Shown piece after piece: positions 47,151-55,187 of a DNA stretch of 64,000 nucleotides. The translations under genes and the position numbers were made by a program. Position 1 is the first letter of the stretch. The number at the start of each line of letters is the position of its first letter. The stretch spans positions 1,549,637 through 1,613,636 of the forward strand of contig CBDFNI010000010.1 of assembly GCA_965250175.1 (NCBI GenBank), written 5' to 3'. The notes below the pieces were generated by a model. That model had not been told where the DNA came from and did no database searches. It saw only the letters and a list, made by a program, of their open reading frames with translations. This stretch comes from Planctomycetota bacterium (lineage in GTDB: Bacteria; Planctomycetota; UBA1135; UBA2386).

Positions 47151-48077
47151 TTAGCCAGTAATGTCCGAGGACAAGGCGCCTATCCCCAGTTCGCCGGAAT
47201 CCTGCATGGCGGCCAGGCGCTGCATCTCGTTCTGCAACTGCCGCACATTGCCGGGCCAGGGAGCCTTGAGCAGTGCCTGGTTTGCCGCATCATCGAAGGT
47301 GAACTTACGCCCCACAGCGGCGGCGGCTCGGTCCAGGAAGAAGCTAGTGAGCAGAAGAATGTCATCCCCGCGCTCCCGCAACGGTGGCAGGGTCAAGGCC
47401 AACACATTCAGCCGGTAGTACAGGTCTTCGCGAAAGGTCTTTTTCGCCACCATCTCTTCCACACCCTGGTTGGTGGCGGCGATGACCCGCACATCCACCT
47501 TGCGTATCTTGGTGCCCCCCACCGGCCGCACCTCCCCTTCCTGCAGGGCGCGCAACAACTTGGCCTGCATGGACAGGGGCATGTCGCCAATCTCGTCCAG
47601 GAACAGGGTGCCCTTGTGCGCCGCCACGAAGTGACCGCTGTGGTCCCGCACCGCTCCGGTGAAGGAACCGCGCACATGGCCAAACAGGACCGATTCCAAC
47701 AGGGTCTCGGGAATGGCGGCGCAGTTCTCACTGACAAAGGGCTGCCTGGCCCGTGGGCTAAGTTTGTGGATGGCCTTGGCCAGGACTTCCTTGCCGGTGC
47801 CACTCTCGCCACGGATCAACACCGGGGCAGAGGCAGCGGCGAACTTGCTGGCCTGCTTTTCCAGCTTGAGGATGGCAGCACATTTGCCAATCAGGCCATG
47901 CCAGGAATAGGGCACTTCGATCTCTGGCGTTGCTGTTGCGGTAGCCGCAGCCGCAGTGGAAGCCATGGCTTGCTCCAACATCTCCTGCATCTCCAAAAGC
48001 AAATCCGCATCGTGCAAGGAGAGTGCCTGATCCAGGATCTGCCGCCACTGCTGCAGGATGGCATGCCTATCCGTCAA
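47151..48077 (-). CDS. Sigma-54-interaction AAA+ domain protein lacking both a receiver domain and a C-terminal HTH.
   Basis: Motifs seen are Walker A GESGTGKE, the GAFTGA-type loop as GSFTGA, Walker B LFLDEIG, RLNVL and GNVRQLQN. The ORF ends 19 aa after GNVRQLQN. Only about 65 aa precede the AAA+ core. The TTG start at 48077 overlaps the end of uvrD by 11 nt. Confidence 0.75.
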   Translation of the reverse strand: MTDRHAILQQWRQILDQALSLHDADLLLEMQEMLEQAMASTAAAATATATPEIEVPYSWHGLIGKCAAILKLEKQASKFAAASAPVLIRGESGTGKEVLAKAIHKLSPRARQPFVSENCAAIPETLLESVLFGHVRGSFTGAVRDHSGHFVAAHKGTLFLDEIGDMPLSMQAKLLRALQEGEVRPVGGTKIRKVDVRVIAATNQGVEEMVAKKTFREDLYYRLNVLALTLPPLRERGDDILLLTSFFLDRAAAAVGRKFTFDDAANQALLKAPWPGNVRQLQNEMQRLAAMQDSGELGIGALSSDITG

Positions 48078-50217
48078 AACATTCTCCCTCGGGCAGGACC
48101 TGGAAAGCCTCGTGATCCGGCAGCAGGGTGCGATCCACTGCGTCCTTGAAGCGCACCACCACCTGCGTACGCGAGCCCATGCCGTTGACGCGGAGCACTT
48201 CGCCGGGGCCGTAGATCTTGTGGATCACCTTGCTGCCCGGGTAGAGGGGCTGCATCTCAATGTCCGTATCCATGTCGTACTCCGACTCCTCCTCATGCAC
48301 ATCATAGGCATCCCAGGCACTGGCGCCACGGTCCACATACTCGTCGGGAATCTCCGCCAGGAAGCGGGAAGGACTCTGGGTGTTGGTCATGCCGGCAACC
48401 ATGCGCGCCCGACTATAACTCAGCAACACGGTCTTGCGGGCACGAGTCAGGGCCACATACATGAGACGACGCTCCTCCTCCAGGTCGGAAGGCTCCAGCA
48501 AGGAACGCTGGTGCGGAAAGATTCCTTCTTCCAAGCCCATGACCACCACATGATGAAACTCCAGGCCCTTGGCGGAGTGCACGGTCATCAGGGAAATGCG
48601 GGGCCCTTCGCTCTGCTGGCGATCCTCGGAAGTCATCAGACCAATGCGATGCAGGTAGGCCGCCAACCCCTCACCATTCTCCGAATCATACTGGGCCGCG
48701 TCATTCAGCAATTCGCCCACGTTCTCCAGGCGCGCCTCATCCTCCGGCTCACCCAGACCACCGGCATACTGCAGGTAATTGCTCTCCTCCAACAACACCT
48801 GCAACACATCCGCCGCCCGGCTCTGGTCGGTCACCGCTTCCAGCACCGCCGCCAGTTGCTGCACGCCCTTCTTCGCCTTGCCGCTCAAGAGACCAGGCGC
48901 AGCCGGATCTCTGACCACTTCCGAAAGGGACATCTGCTGCTGCTCCGCATGCTTGCGCAACTTCTGCACACTCACCTTGCCGATGCCCCGGGGCGGCACG
49001 TTGATGATGCGCTCCAGACTCACGTCATCCAGGGGATTCACCAACACCCGCAGGTAGGCAATGAGATCCTTGATCTCCCGGCGCTCGAAGAATGACAGGC
49101 CCCCCACAACTTTGTACGGCAGGCCCATGTGCCGCAGGGACTGCTCCAACAAACGGCTGAGGAAGTGGGCGCGATAGAACACGGCGCACTGGTCCGGATC
49201 CATGCCATCATTCAGCAGGCCCATGAGGTGGCGAGCAATGTCCTTGGACTCGGTGATGGCATCGTTGCAGCGCAGCAGCTGCAACTGGGAACCGAATTCC
49301 GCCTCGGTGAGCAGCTCCTTCTCCATGCGCTGCTGGTTGTTCTCGATCACCGCCTGAGCTGCACCCAGGATGCAGGCGGTGGAGCGGTAGTTGGTCTGCA
49401 GGCGAATGATCTGGGTGTCCGGGTAGTCATTCTCGAAGTCCAGGATGTTGCGCAGCTCGGCCCCGCGAAAGCGATAGATGGACTGGTCCGGATCGCCAAC
49501 GACGCAAATGTTGCTGGTCTCCTTACCCAAGAGACGCAGCAGTTTGTACTGGACGAGGTTGGTGTCCTGGAATTCATCCACCAGGATCCAGCGATAGCGC
49601 TGCTGGTAGATCTGGGCGATGGCCTCGTGTTCTTGCAACAGATCCACGAAGCGCAGCAGCAGGTCATCGAAGTCCATGGCACCGAGGGCCAACATGCGCT
49701 CTTCGTAGGGCCGATACAACTTGCCGACGATGGCATCCAGGCTGCTCATGCCAGAGATCATGTCGTCGGGGCGCATGCCCACATTCTTCAGGCGAGAAAT
49801 GCGGCGGCCCACGTCGGCGGGGCGGGCTGTACCCTCATCCAGGTCCAGGCTCTTCATCAGGGACTTGATGCAGGCGTTGCGGTCGTAGGTGTCGTAGATG
49901 GAGAAGTCCCGGGGGTAGCCGAGAAGGTGACCGTCTTGGCGCAGGAATCGGGCGCAGGCGGAGTGGAAGGTGGAGACATGCACGCGAAAACCGCCCTGGG
50001 CCTCGACGCGGTAAGCCATTTCCTGGGCGGCCTTGTTGGTGAAGGTGAGGGCGAGGATCTGGCTGGGCTGCACGCCTTGCTGCAGGAGGTGGGCGATGCG
50101 TCGGGTGATGACGCGGGTTTTGCCGGAGCCGGCACCGGCCAGGACCATGAGGGGCCCTTCGCCGTAGGTTACGGCTTTGCATTGGTCTTCGTTCAGCTCG
50201 GCCAGCACATCAGTCAT
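48067..50217 (-). CDS. uvrD: UvrD/PcrA/Rep-family ATP-dependent DNA helicase.
   Basis: Motifs include Walker A AGAGSGKT, TFTNKAA, TFHSACARFL, VDEFQDTN, QNYRS-like TNYRST and VALTRAR. The C-terminus has a Tudor-like tail. Length is 716 aa. Confidence 0.9.
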   Translation of the reverse strand: MTDVLAELNEDQCKAVTYGEGPLMVLAGAGSGKTRVITRRIAHLLQQGVQPSQILALTFTNKAAQEMAYRVEAQGGFRVHVSTFHSACARFLRQDGHLLGYPRDFSIYDTYDRNACIKSLMKSLDLDEGTARPADVGRRISRLKNVGMRPDDMISGMSSLDAIVGKLYRPYEERMLALGAMDFDDLLLRFVDLLQEHEAIAQIYQQRYRWILVDEFQDTNLVQYKLLRLLGKETSNICVVGDPDQSIYRFRGAELRNILDFENDYPDTQIIRLQTNYRSTACILGAAQAVIENNQQRMEKELLTEAEFGSQLQLLRCNDAITESKDIARHLMGLLNDGMDPDQCAVFYRAHFLSRLLEQSLRHMGLPYKVVGGLSFFERREIKDLIAYLRVLVNPLDDVSLERIINVPPRGIGKVSVQKLRKHAEQQQMSLSEVVRDPAAPGLLSGKAKKGVQQLAAVLEAVTDQSRAADVLQVLLEESNYLQYAGGLGEPEDEARLENVGELLNDAAQYDSENGEGLAAYLHRIGLMTSEDRQQSEGPRISLMTVHSAKGLEFHHVVVMGLEEGIFPHQRSLLEPSDLEEERRLMYVALTRARKTVLLSYSRARMVAGMTNTQSPSRFLAEIPDEYVDRGASAWDAYDVHEEESEYDMDTDIEMQPLYPGSKVIHKIYGPGEVLRVNGMGSRTQVVVRFKDAVDRTLLPDHEAFQVLPEGECFDG

Positions 50218-50275
50218 GGCCTGAGCATAGGCTGCGGGTCGGGATTACACCACCGAGAGAAAGTGGGTGTTTCGC

Positions 50276-51523
50276 TCACTTGGCTGCGCGCTGGTCTTGG
50301 GTAAAGCGCTTGATGCACTCTCGCGCCTCTTCAAGGTTTTCGTTAAGCACCTTGACGACCAACAACTGCGTGCCAGGGACATCAGTAAGCGGGTTGCAGG
50401 AGGGTAATTCTGATTCAAAGCTTCTACCCCACATCCCATGAAATACCAGAAACGTGGAGTACTTCAAACTCACCTCACCCGGTTCCCCTGCCTCCAGGAG
50501 ATCGAACACCTCCTGTAACTTGTCCAAATAACCACGACTACCTTCAATCTTGACGACGTGCCTCCATTCATTTTTTCGAACAGGGTTCACAGCTTTAGCA
50601 TCATGGTTCCCATACCTTACGCTCGATCCGGTCATCCTCCAGATGTAGAGACGAACCGAAACCCTCTTGGCAAAGCAATTGAGGCCAAATTCACGCACTT
50701 CCTTCTTTTCCCCAAGGACTCCGCAAGGAGTGGTTTTGAAATAGCCTGGGCAAAAGTACAGTTGGTGAATTTTCCTTGCTTGATCCACCATCCGCGAGAA
50801 TTTCACAGACCCTTGCCGATCGTCTAGTTCCTCGAGGCACCTCTTGGCAATCCTATGGATGGGGAGATTGTTGGTGAAGCGAGACAATCTGCCCCACTCT
50901 TGTGCCATGTAGGATTTGTTCGTCGACGCGAGAACTTCCGCACAAGCCAAATATGAATTCAGAGGGGTGAGATGAGTGTCATCTAATGAATCCCATGACA
51001 TGCCAGTTTTTCGCTCCATGAGAGCGGTCCATGAGTCATTCGGTGGCGGTGGTGGAGGCAAATAGCTGCGCTGGTCCTGCACATGAGCAAAAACACCAGC
51101 ATCCAGCCCCCTAGAATCCAGATATCCCCTGAATCCATCTTGAACCGAGGGGACGTACCCATTTCCAAAACTGGCCATATAGTTCAGAACGGCGACTCCG
51201 GAGAACTCATCTGGATAGCGTGACGCCACCCAATCCACCTTTTTCCAGTTTTCGAAATCGTACAACTCAGCAATGAATGACTCCACCATGGCGAACTTGG
51301 AGAGCTTGGCATGCGGAATGCGTTCCAGATGCACCGACCCGGCAGGAATGGCCAGGTAGTGTTTGAACTCTTCGGAGTCCAACACCGCCTGGAACCAGGC
51401 CTGGTCAATGTCTGTCAACCTTGCCGCATTCCATCCGGTGGCCCACTTCTTGTCCTGCGCGGAAACGGAACACGCAATTCCCAGCAAGAGAACCGAGGTC
51501 AGGACAAGGGATTTGCTATTCAT
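50276..51523 (-). CDS. Hypothetical secreted protein (415 aa from internal ATG 51523), low GC, family not recognised. It is in frame with the upstream metB-like gene and no stop separates them.
   Basis: MNSKSLVLTSVLLLGIACSVSAQDKKW is a canonical signal peptide located 435 codons into the 850-aa track ORF. Single 60-nt lines sampled by eye in this region give 42-57% GC, against about 60% for the flanks. Confidence 0.55.
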   Translation of the reverse strand: MNSKSLVLTSVLLLGIACSVSAQDKKWATGWNAARLTDIDQAWFQAVLDSEEFKHYLAIPAGSVHLERIPHAKLSKFAMVESFIAELYDFENWKKVDWVASRYPDEFSGVAVLNYMASFGNGYVPSVQDGFRGYLDSRGLDAGVFAHVQDQRSYLPPPPPPNDSWTALMERKTGMSWDSLDDTHLTPLNSYLACAEVLASTNKSYMAQEWGRLSRFTNNLPIHRIAKRCLEELDDRQGSVKFSRMVDQARKIHQLYFCPGYFKTTPCGVLGEKKEVREFGLNCFAKRVSVRLYIWRMTGSSVRYGNHDAKAVNPVRKNEWRHVVKIEGSRGYLDKLQEVFDLLEAGEPGEVSLKYSTFLVFHGMWGRSFESELPSCNPLTDVPGTQLLVVKVLNENLEEARECIKRFTQDQRAAK

Positions 51524-52828
51524 ACCATCGGGCCCGCTGGTCCGAAAATCCGAACCAGCGAGCCCGACAGCTTGAGGCACTGAGTCATAAGGCACCACTG
51601 GCACACCATCCAGTTTGCCAGCCTTCGCCGGTACACCATTCCGCTGCAGCAGCACAGCCTCCACCCGTTGCAAGCCTGCTCGCAGGTCGGCCAGGAGATC
51701 CTCCTGATCTTCAATGCCCACCGACAGCCTGAGCAACTGGTCCGAGATGCCCGCAACCTTGCGCGCCGCCGGATCCATCGCAGCATGAGTCATCGTCGCC
51801 GGGTGTGCCACCAGGCTCTCCACCCCGCCCAAAGATTCCGCCAACGAGAAGCATGTAAGCCCATCCAGGAAGGCTTGCACCGCACCGGGAACATCAGGCA
51901 ACTCAAAGCTAAGCATCGCACCAAAGCCCTCTTGCTGCTGCTTCGCCAATTCATGCCCCGGATGACTCTTCAAGCCAGGGTAGAACACCTTGGCCACCGC
52001 ATCGTGCCCATCCAAAAACGCCACCACCGACTCCACATTTTCTACATGCAAACGCAGCCGTGCATGCAGCGTGCGAATGCCCCGCAAGGTCAGGAAGCTG
52101 TCGAAGGGAGCCCCCGTGATGCCCAAGCAGTTCGCCCACCAGGCCAACTTCTCATGCAAGTCATCCGTTGCCGCCACCACGGCGCCACCCACCACATCGC
52201 TATGGCCGTTCAGGTACTTCGTCGTCGAGTGCACCACGATGTCAGCGCCCAAGTCGATGGGCTTTTGCAGCACCGGTGACAAGAACGTGTTGTCCACCAC
52301 CACCAGCGCGTCACAGTCTTCACCGTGCTTCACCACCGCCTTGATGTCCGTGATCCTTAGCAGCGGATTGCTGGGCGTCTCCACCCAGATCATCTTTGGC
52401 TTTTGCGCCACCGCTTCTTGCAGCGCCTTTTTGTCCGTCTGATCCACCAGCAGCAACTTGAACTGCTGCTTCGCCGCCAGAGTTGTCATCAAGCGATAGG
52501 TACCGCCATAGCAGTCGTGCGGTGCCACCAACAGATCGCCGGGTTGCAGCAACTGCAGCGCCAGCGTGATGGAGGCCATCCCCGAGGATGTCACCACCGC
52601 TCCCGCACCATTCTCCAGCTTCGCCAGGGTTTCCCCCAGCAGATCCCGCGTCGGGTTGCCCGAACGCGTGTAGTCGTACTGCCGCTTCTGGTCGAAGCCG
52701 GCGAAGGAGAAATTGGAGGAGAGATGCAGTGGCGGCACCACTGCGCCGAACTGAGTGTCGCTTTCCAGACCACTGCGCACCGCCTGGGTGGCAGCTGCTT
52801 GAGCTTTGTTGGGTATGTTGTTTGTCAT
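51524..52828 (-). CDS. Cys/Met-metabolism PLP enzyme (cystathionine gamma-synthase or O-succinylhomoserine sulfhydrylase type) lacking its own stop codon.
   Basis: Motifs YTRSGNPT, SGMASI, the PLP-lysine region HSTTKYLNGHSD and the C-terminal RLSVGIEDQEDLLADL are present. Recognisable similarity ends near 51650, but the frame stays open into the next coding region. Confidence 0.8.
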
Positions 52829-52830
52829 GG

Positions 52831-53841
52831 CTATAGAGTTGTTGAGAGAGAGTCTTGAAGAATGGGGGTCAAGGCCTGCACTTCCTTGAGGAAGGCGTCG
52901 TGGCCAAACAATGAGGGTAGAACTTGCAGGTTGCCGTAGGGGCCCAGGGCCGCTACCAGTTCCTGCGCTTGTTGCAACGGCACCAATTGATCCGTGGGCA
53001 CGGACACCACCGTGGTGGCCACCTTCACCTGCTTTGGATCTATCAGGTGCAGGTCAATGGCCTGGGACAGCAGCAGGAAGACTTCGGGATCAAACTTCTT
53101 GGCGAAGTCAACGCCGCGGGCCGTGAGGTAGTCCTCCACCTCGAAGCGGGCGATGCCGTCTTCGAAGCGAGGCTCCTGGCTGAAGCGCTGGCCGAACTCG
53201 TCGTAGCTGCGGTAGCTGGCCATGGCCAAGCCTCGCGCCAGACCCATGCCCTGAGCAATGTCGCCATGGGCTTGAGCCAAGCGCACGGTTTGCCGTTGGA
53301 TGCTGCGCCAGGCGGTGGCCATAGGATGGCTTTGGTGGGCAGCGGAGATGCAGACCAGACGCTGCAGGCGTTCCGGGAACTCAGCCGCCAGGGCCAGGCC
53401 AACCATGCCGCCGTAGGAAGAACCGATGAAGGAGTGCACTGCCGGTTCCTGCAGATGATCCAAGAGGCAGACCAGGGCCCGCGCTTGATCCTTGGAAGAG
53501 ATGGCGGGGATGGGCTCAGTGCTACGCCAGTTGCTGGGTCCGGTGGAAGCACCTTGACCGCCCAGGTAGTCCACCCCCAGCACGCGGTACTGGTCGGTGT
53601 CGATGGCCAGCCCTGGGCCAACGAAACTTTCCCACCAGCCACGCTGCGGGTCGAATTCATTGGAACTCACGTGCCGGCCGGCGGAGATGCCGCCATGCAC
53701 CACCACCAGCGGTGCGTCTTGCGGTCCATTCAGTTCAAAAGCCAACTGCGCACCGCGGAGTTCACCGCCGTGCTGCAGCTTGAACTGCAAGGGTAGATGG
53801 TAGATTCCCGTTCCCTGGGAGATTGTGACGCTGGTGCTCAT
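52831..53841 (-). CDS. metX: Homoserine O-acyltransferase (MetX family, alpha/beta hydrolase).
   Basis: From ATG 53841 the protein reads MSTSVTISQG.... Motifs seen are VVHGGISAGRH, GVDYLGG and the nucleophile elbow GSSYGGMVGL. Two nucleotides separate its stop from the metB-like start. Confidence 0.85.
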   Translation of the reverse strand: MSTSVTISQGTGIYHLPLQFKLQHGGELRGAQLAFELNGPQDAPLVVVHGGISAGRHVSSNEFDPQRGWWESFVGPGLAIDTDQYRVLGVDYLGGQGASTGPSNWRSTEPIPAISSKDQARALVCLLDHLQEPAVHSFIGSSYGGMVGLALAAEFPERLQRLVCISAAHQSHPMATAWRSIQRQTVRLAQAHGDIAQGMGLARGLAMASYRSYDEFGQRFSQEPRFEDGIARFEVEDYLTARGVDFAKKFDPEVFLLLSQAIDLHLIDPKQVKVATTVVSVPTDQLVPLQQAQELVAALGPYGNLQVLPSLFGHDAFLKEVQALTPILQDSLSTTL

Positions 53842-53855
53842 TGAATCTCCTGGGC

Positions 53856-54911
53856 TTAGCTGGCAACACAATGTGGGCGGCACTGCGGGTAGAGAGCCCA
53901 CAGGTCATCCAACAAGGCCGATGCGGTACCATCTGGTCCCAGACCCTGGCCCACATGCACGCGGGTCACCCCGGACGCCAGGGTGTAGGTGTAGACCACC
54001 CGATCCGCCGGCACCGCCAAGGGTGAAGTCAGGGGCAGTTCCTCGTAGGAAACCTGCAGGGCACCATCACGACGACCACGAGCCACCAGTCTGGTGGTGA
54101 AGCCACGGGATTGGCGTTCGCGCAATACATCAGGATCCAAAGTGTTCAGGTGCTGGCGCGGGATGGATGCAATATCCACCGGGCCATGCCACAAAGCACC
54201 AGTGACTATGGCCAGCTTCACCGCGGCATCGGTGCCGTCCAGGTCCAAGCTGGGGTCCGTCTCCAAAACGCCTTGCGCCTGCGCCTTGGCGATGCCGCCT
54301 TCGATGCTATCGCCGGCTTCCACGGCTTGGATCACCGCGGTGGTAGAAGCGTTACCCACCAGCGCAAGCTCCAGACTTTTCGTGCGCAGCTCCGGCAGCT
54401 CAAAACGAAAGGTCAAGCCAGTGCCACCGAGCACCGCATTCAGCCCTACCTTGTTGACGCCTAGTTGCAGCAGGCGATCCACTGCCAGGCAGATGGAATC
54501 CTTGGCGCAGAGCACAAGATGACTGCCGGCTTGCAGAGCTGCCAGACTGCGCTTCACCGCAGCTTGACCGTTGCTCACATTGGTGGCGGTGGCATCCACC
54601 ACCACGTCGGCCTGGGTCAGGCCTAATGCCAGTGCGGCGGGCACGTTTTCAGCGCCGGCGCGTTGGGCCAGCTTGCCGCCTTGGCCCTTGAATGCCGCCA
54701 GTGCCAGGGAGTCCAGGCCATGCCGATGATGCAGGGTGGCACTGGAGTCGGTGAGCCCGATGAGGCGGAAGGGCGTGTTGGGAAGAAGAGAGAGGAAGGC
54801 GCGACCAACCTGTCCAGCTCCCAGAACATGCAGGGAGGGAGTGAGCAGGGGAGGGGTGCTGGGCAGGGTCGGGGACGTGCCGGAAGTGCAGTAGGTTTCG
54901 GTAACTTGCAT
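53856..54911 (-). CDS. hom: Homoserine dehydrogenase.
   Basis: The NAD motif is LGAGQVGRAF. The catalytic-domain segments are ALVGNASTTAVIQAV and ETDPSLDLDGTDAAVKLAI. A GGAG Shine-Dalgarno-like motif lies 7 nt upstream of ATG 54911. Confidence 0.8.
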   Translation of the reverse strand: MQVTETYCTSGTSPTLPSTPPLLTPSLHVLGAGQVGRAFLSLLPNTPFRLIGLTDSSATLHHRHGLDSLALAAFKGQGGKLAQRAGAENVPAALALGLTQADVVVDATATNVSNGQAAVKRSLAALQAGSHLVLCAKDSICLAVDRLLQLGVNKVGLNAVLGGTGLTFRFELPELRTKSLELALVGNASTTAVIQAVEAGDSIEGGIAKAQAQGVLETDPSLDLDGTDAAVKLAIVTGALWHGPVDIASIPRQHLNTLDPDVLRERQSRGFTTRLVARGRRDGALQVSYEELPLTSPLAVPADRVVYTYTLASGVTRVHVGQGLGPDGTASALLDDLWALYPQCRPHCVAS

Positions 54912-55014
54912 TGTGGTTCTCCGCAGATGAATCGAAATAGAATCTATCTGGGAACCACTCAGCTCCGGGGAGGCATGGTCGACAAGTCCGTCGTGCCTCT
55001 ACCTGGGGCGCTTT

Positions 55015-55126
55015 GGACTCATCTTCCGGTAACCTCGTGGTTCCCGCGGGAATTAGCACCTGCCGACCGTCCGGTGGTTGCTCCAGCTTCATAGGGCCCG
55101 TCCCTCAGCTAGTCTGGATGAGTATG
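55015..55126 (-). promoter_or_regulatory. SAM-I (S-box) riboswitch in the leader of hom-metX-metB.
   Basis: The minus-strand sequence is ACUCAUCCAGACUAGCUGAGGGACGGGCCCUAUGAAGCUGGAGCAACCACCGGACGGUCGGCAGGUGCUAAUUCCCGCGGGAACCACGAGGUUACCGGAAGAUGAGUC. It contains the conserved S-box blocks: P1 CUCAUC...GAUGAG, GAGGGA, GGCCC.AUGAAGC, GCAACC, GGUGCUAAUUCC and GAAGAUGAG. The aptamer ends about 105 nt upstream of the hom ATG. Confidence 0.88.
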
Positions 55127-55187
55127 TAGGATTACTTACGGGGCATCTTCGGCACTGTCAACCGGGGGGCTAGAGGTTTTTTCTGTC

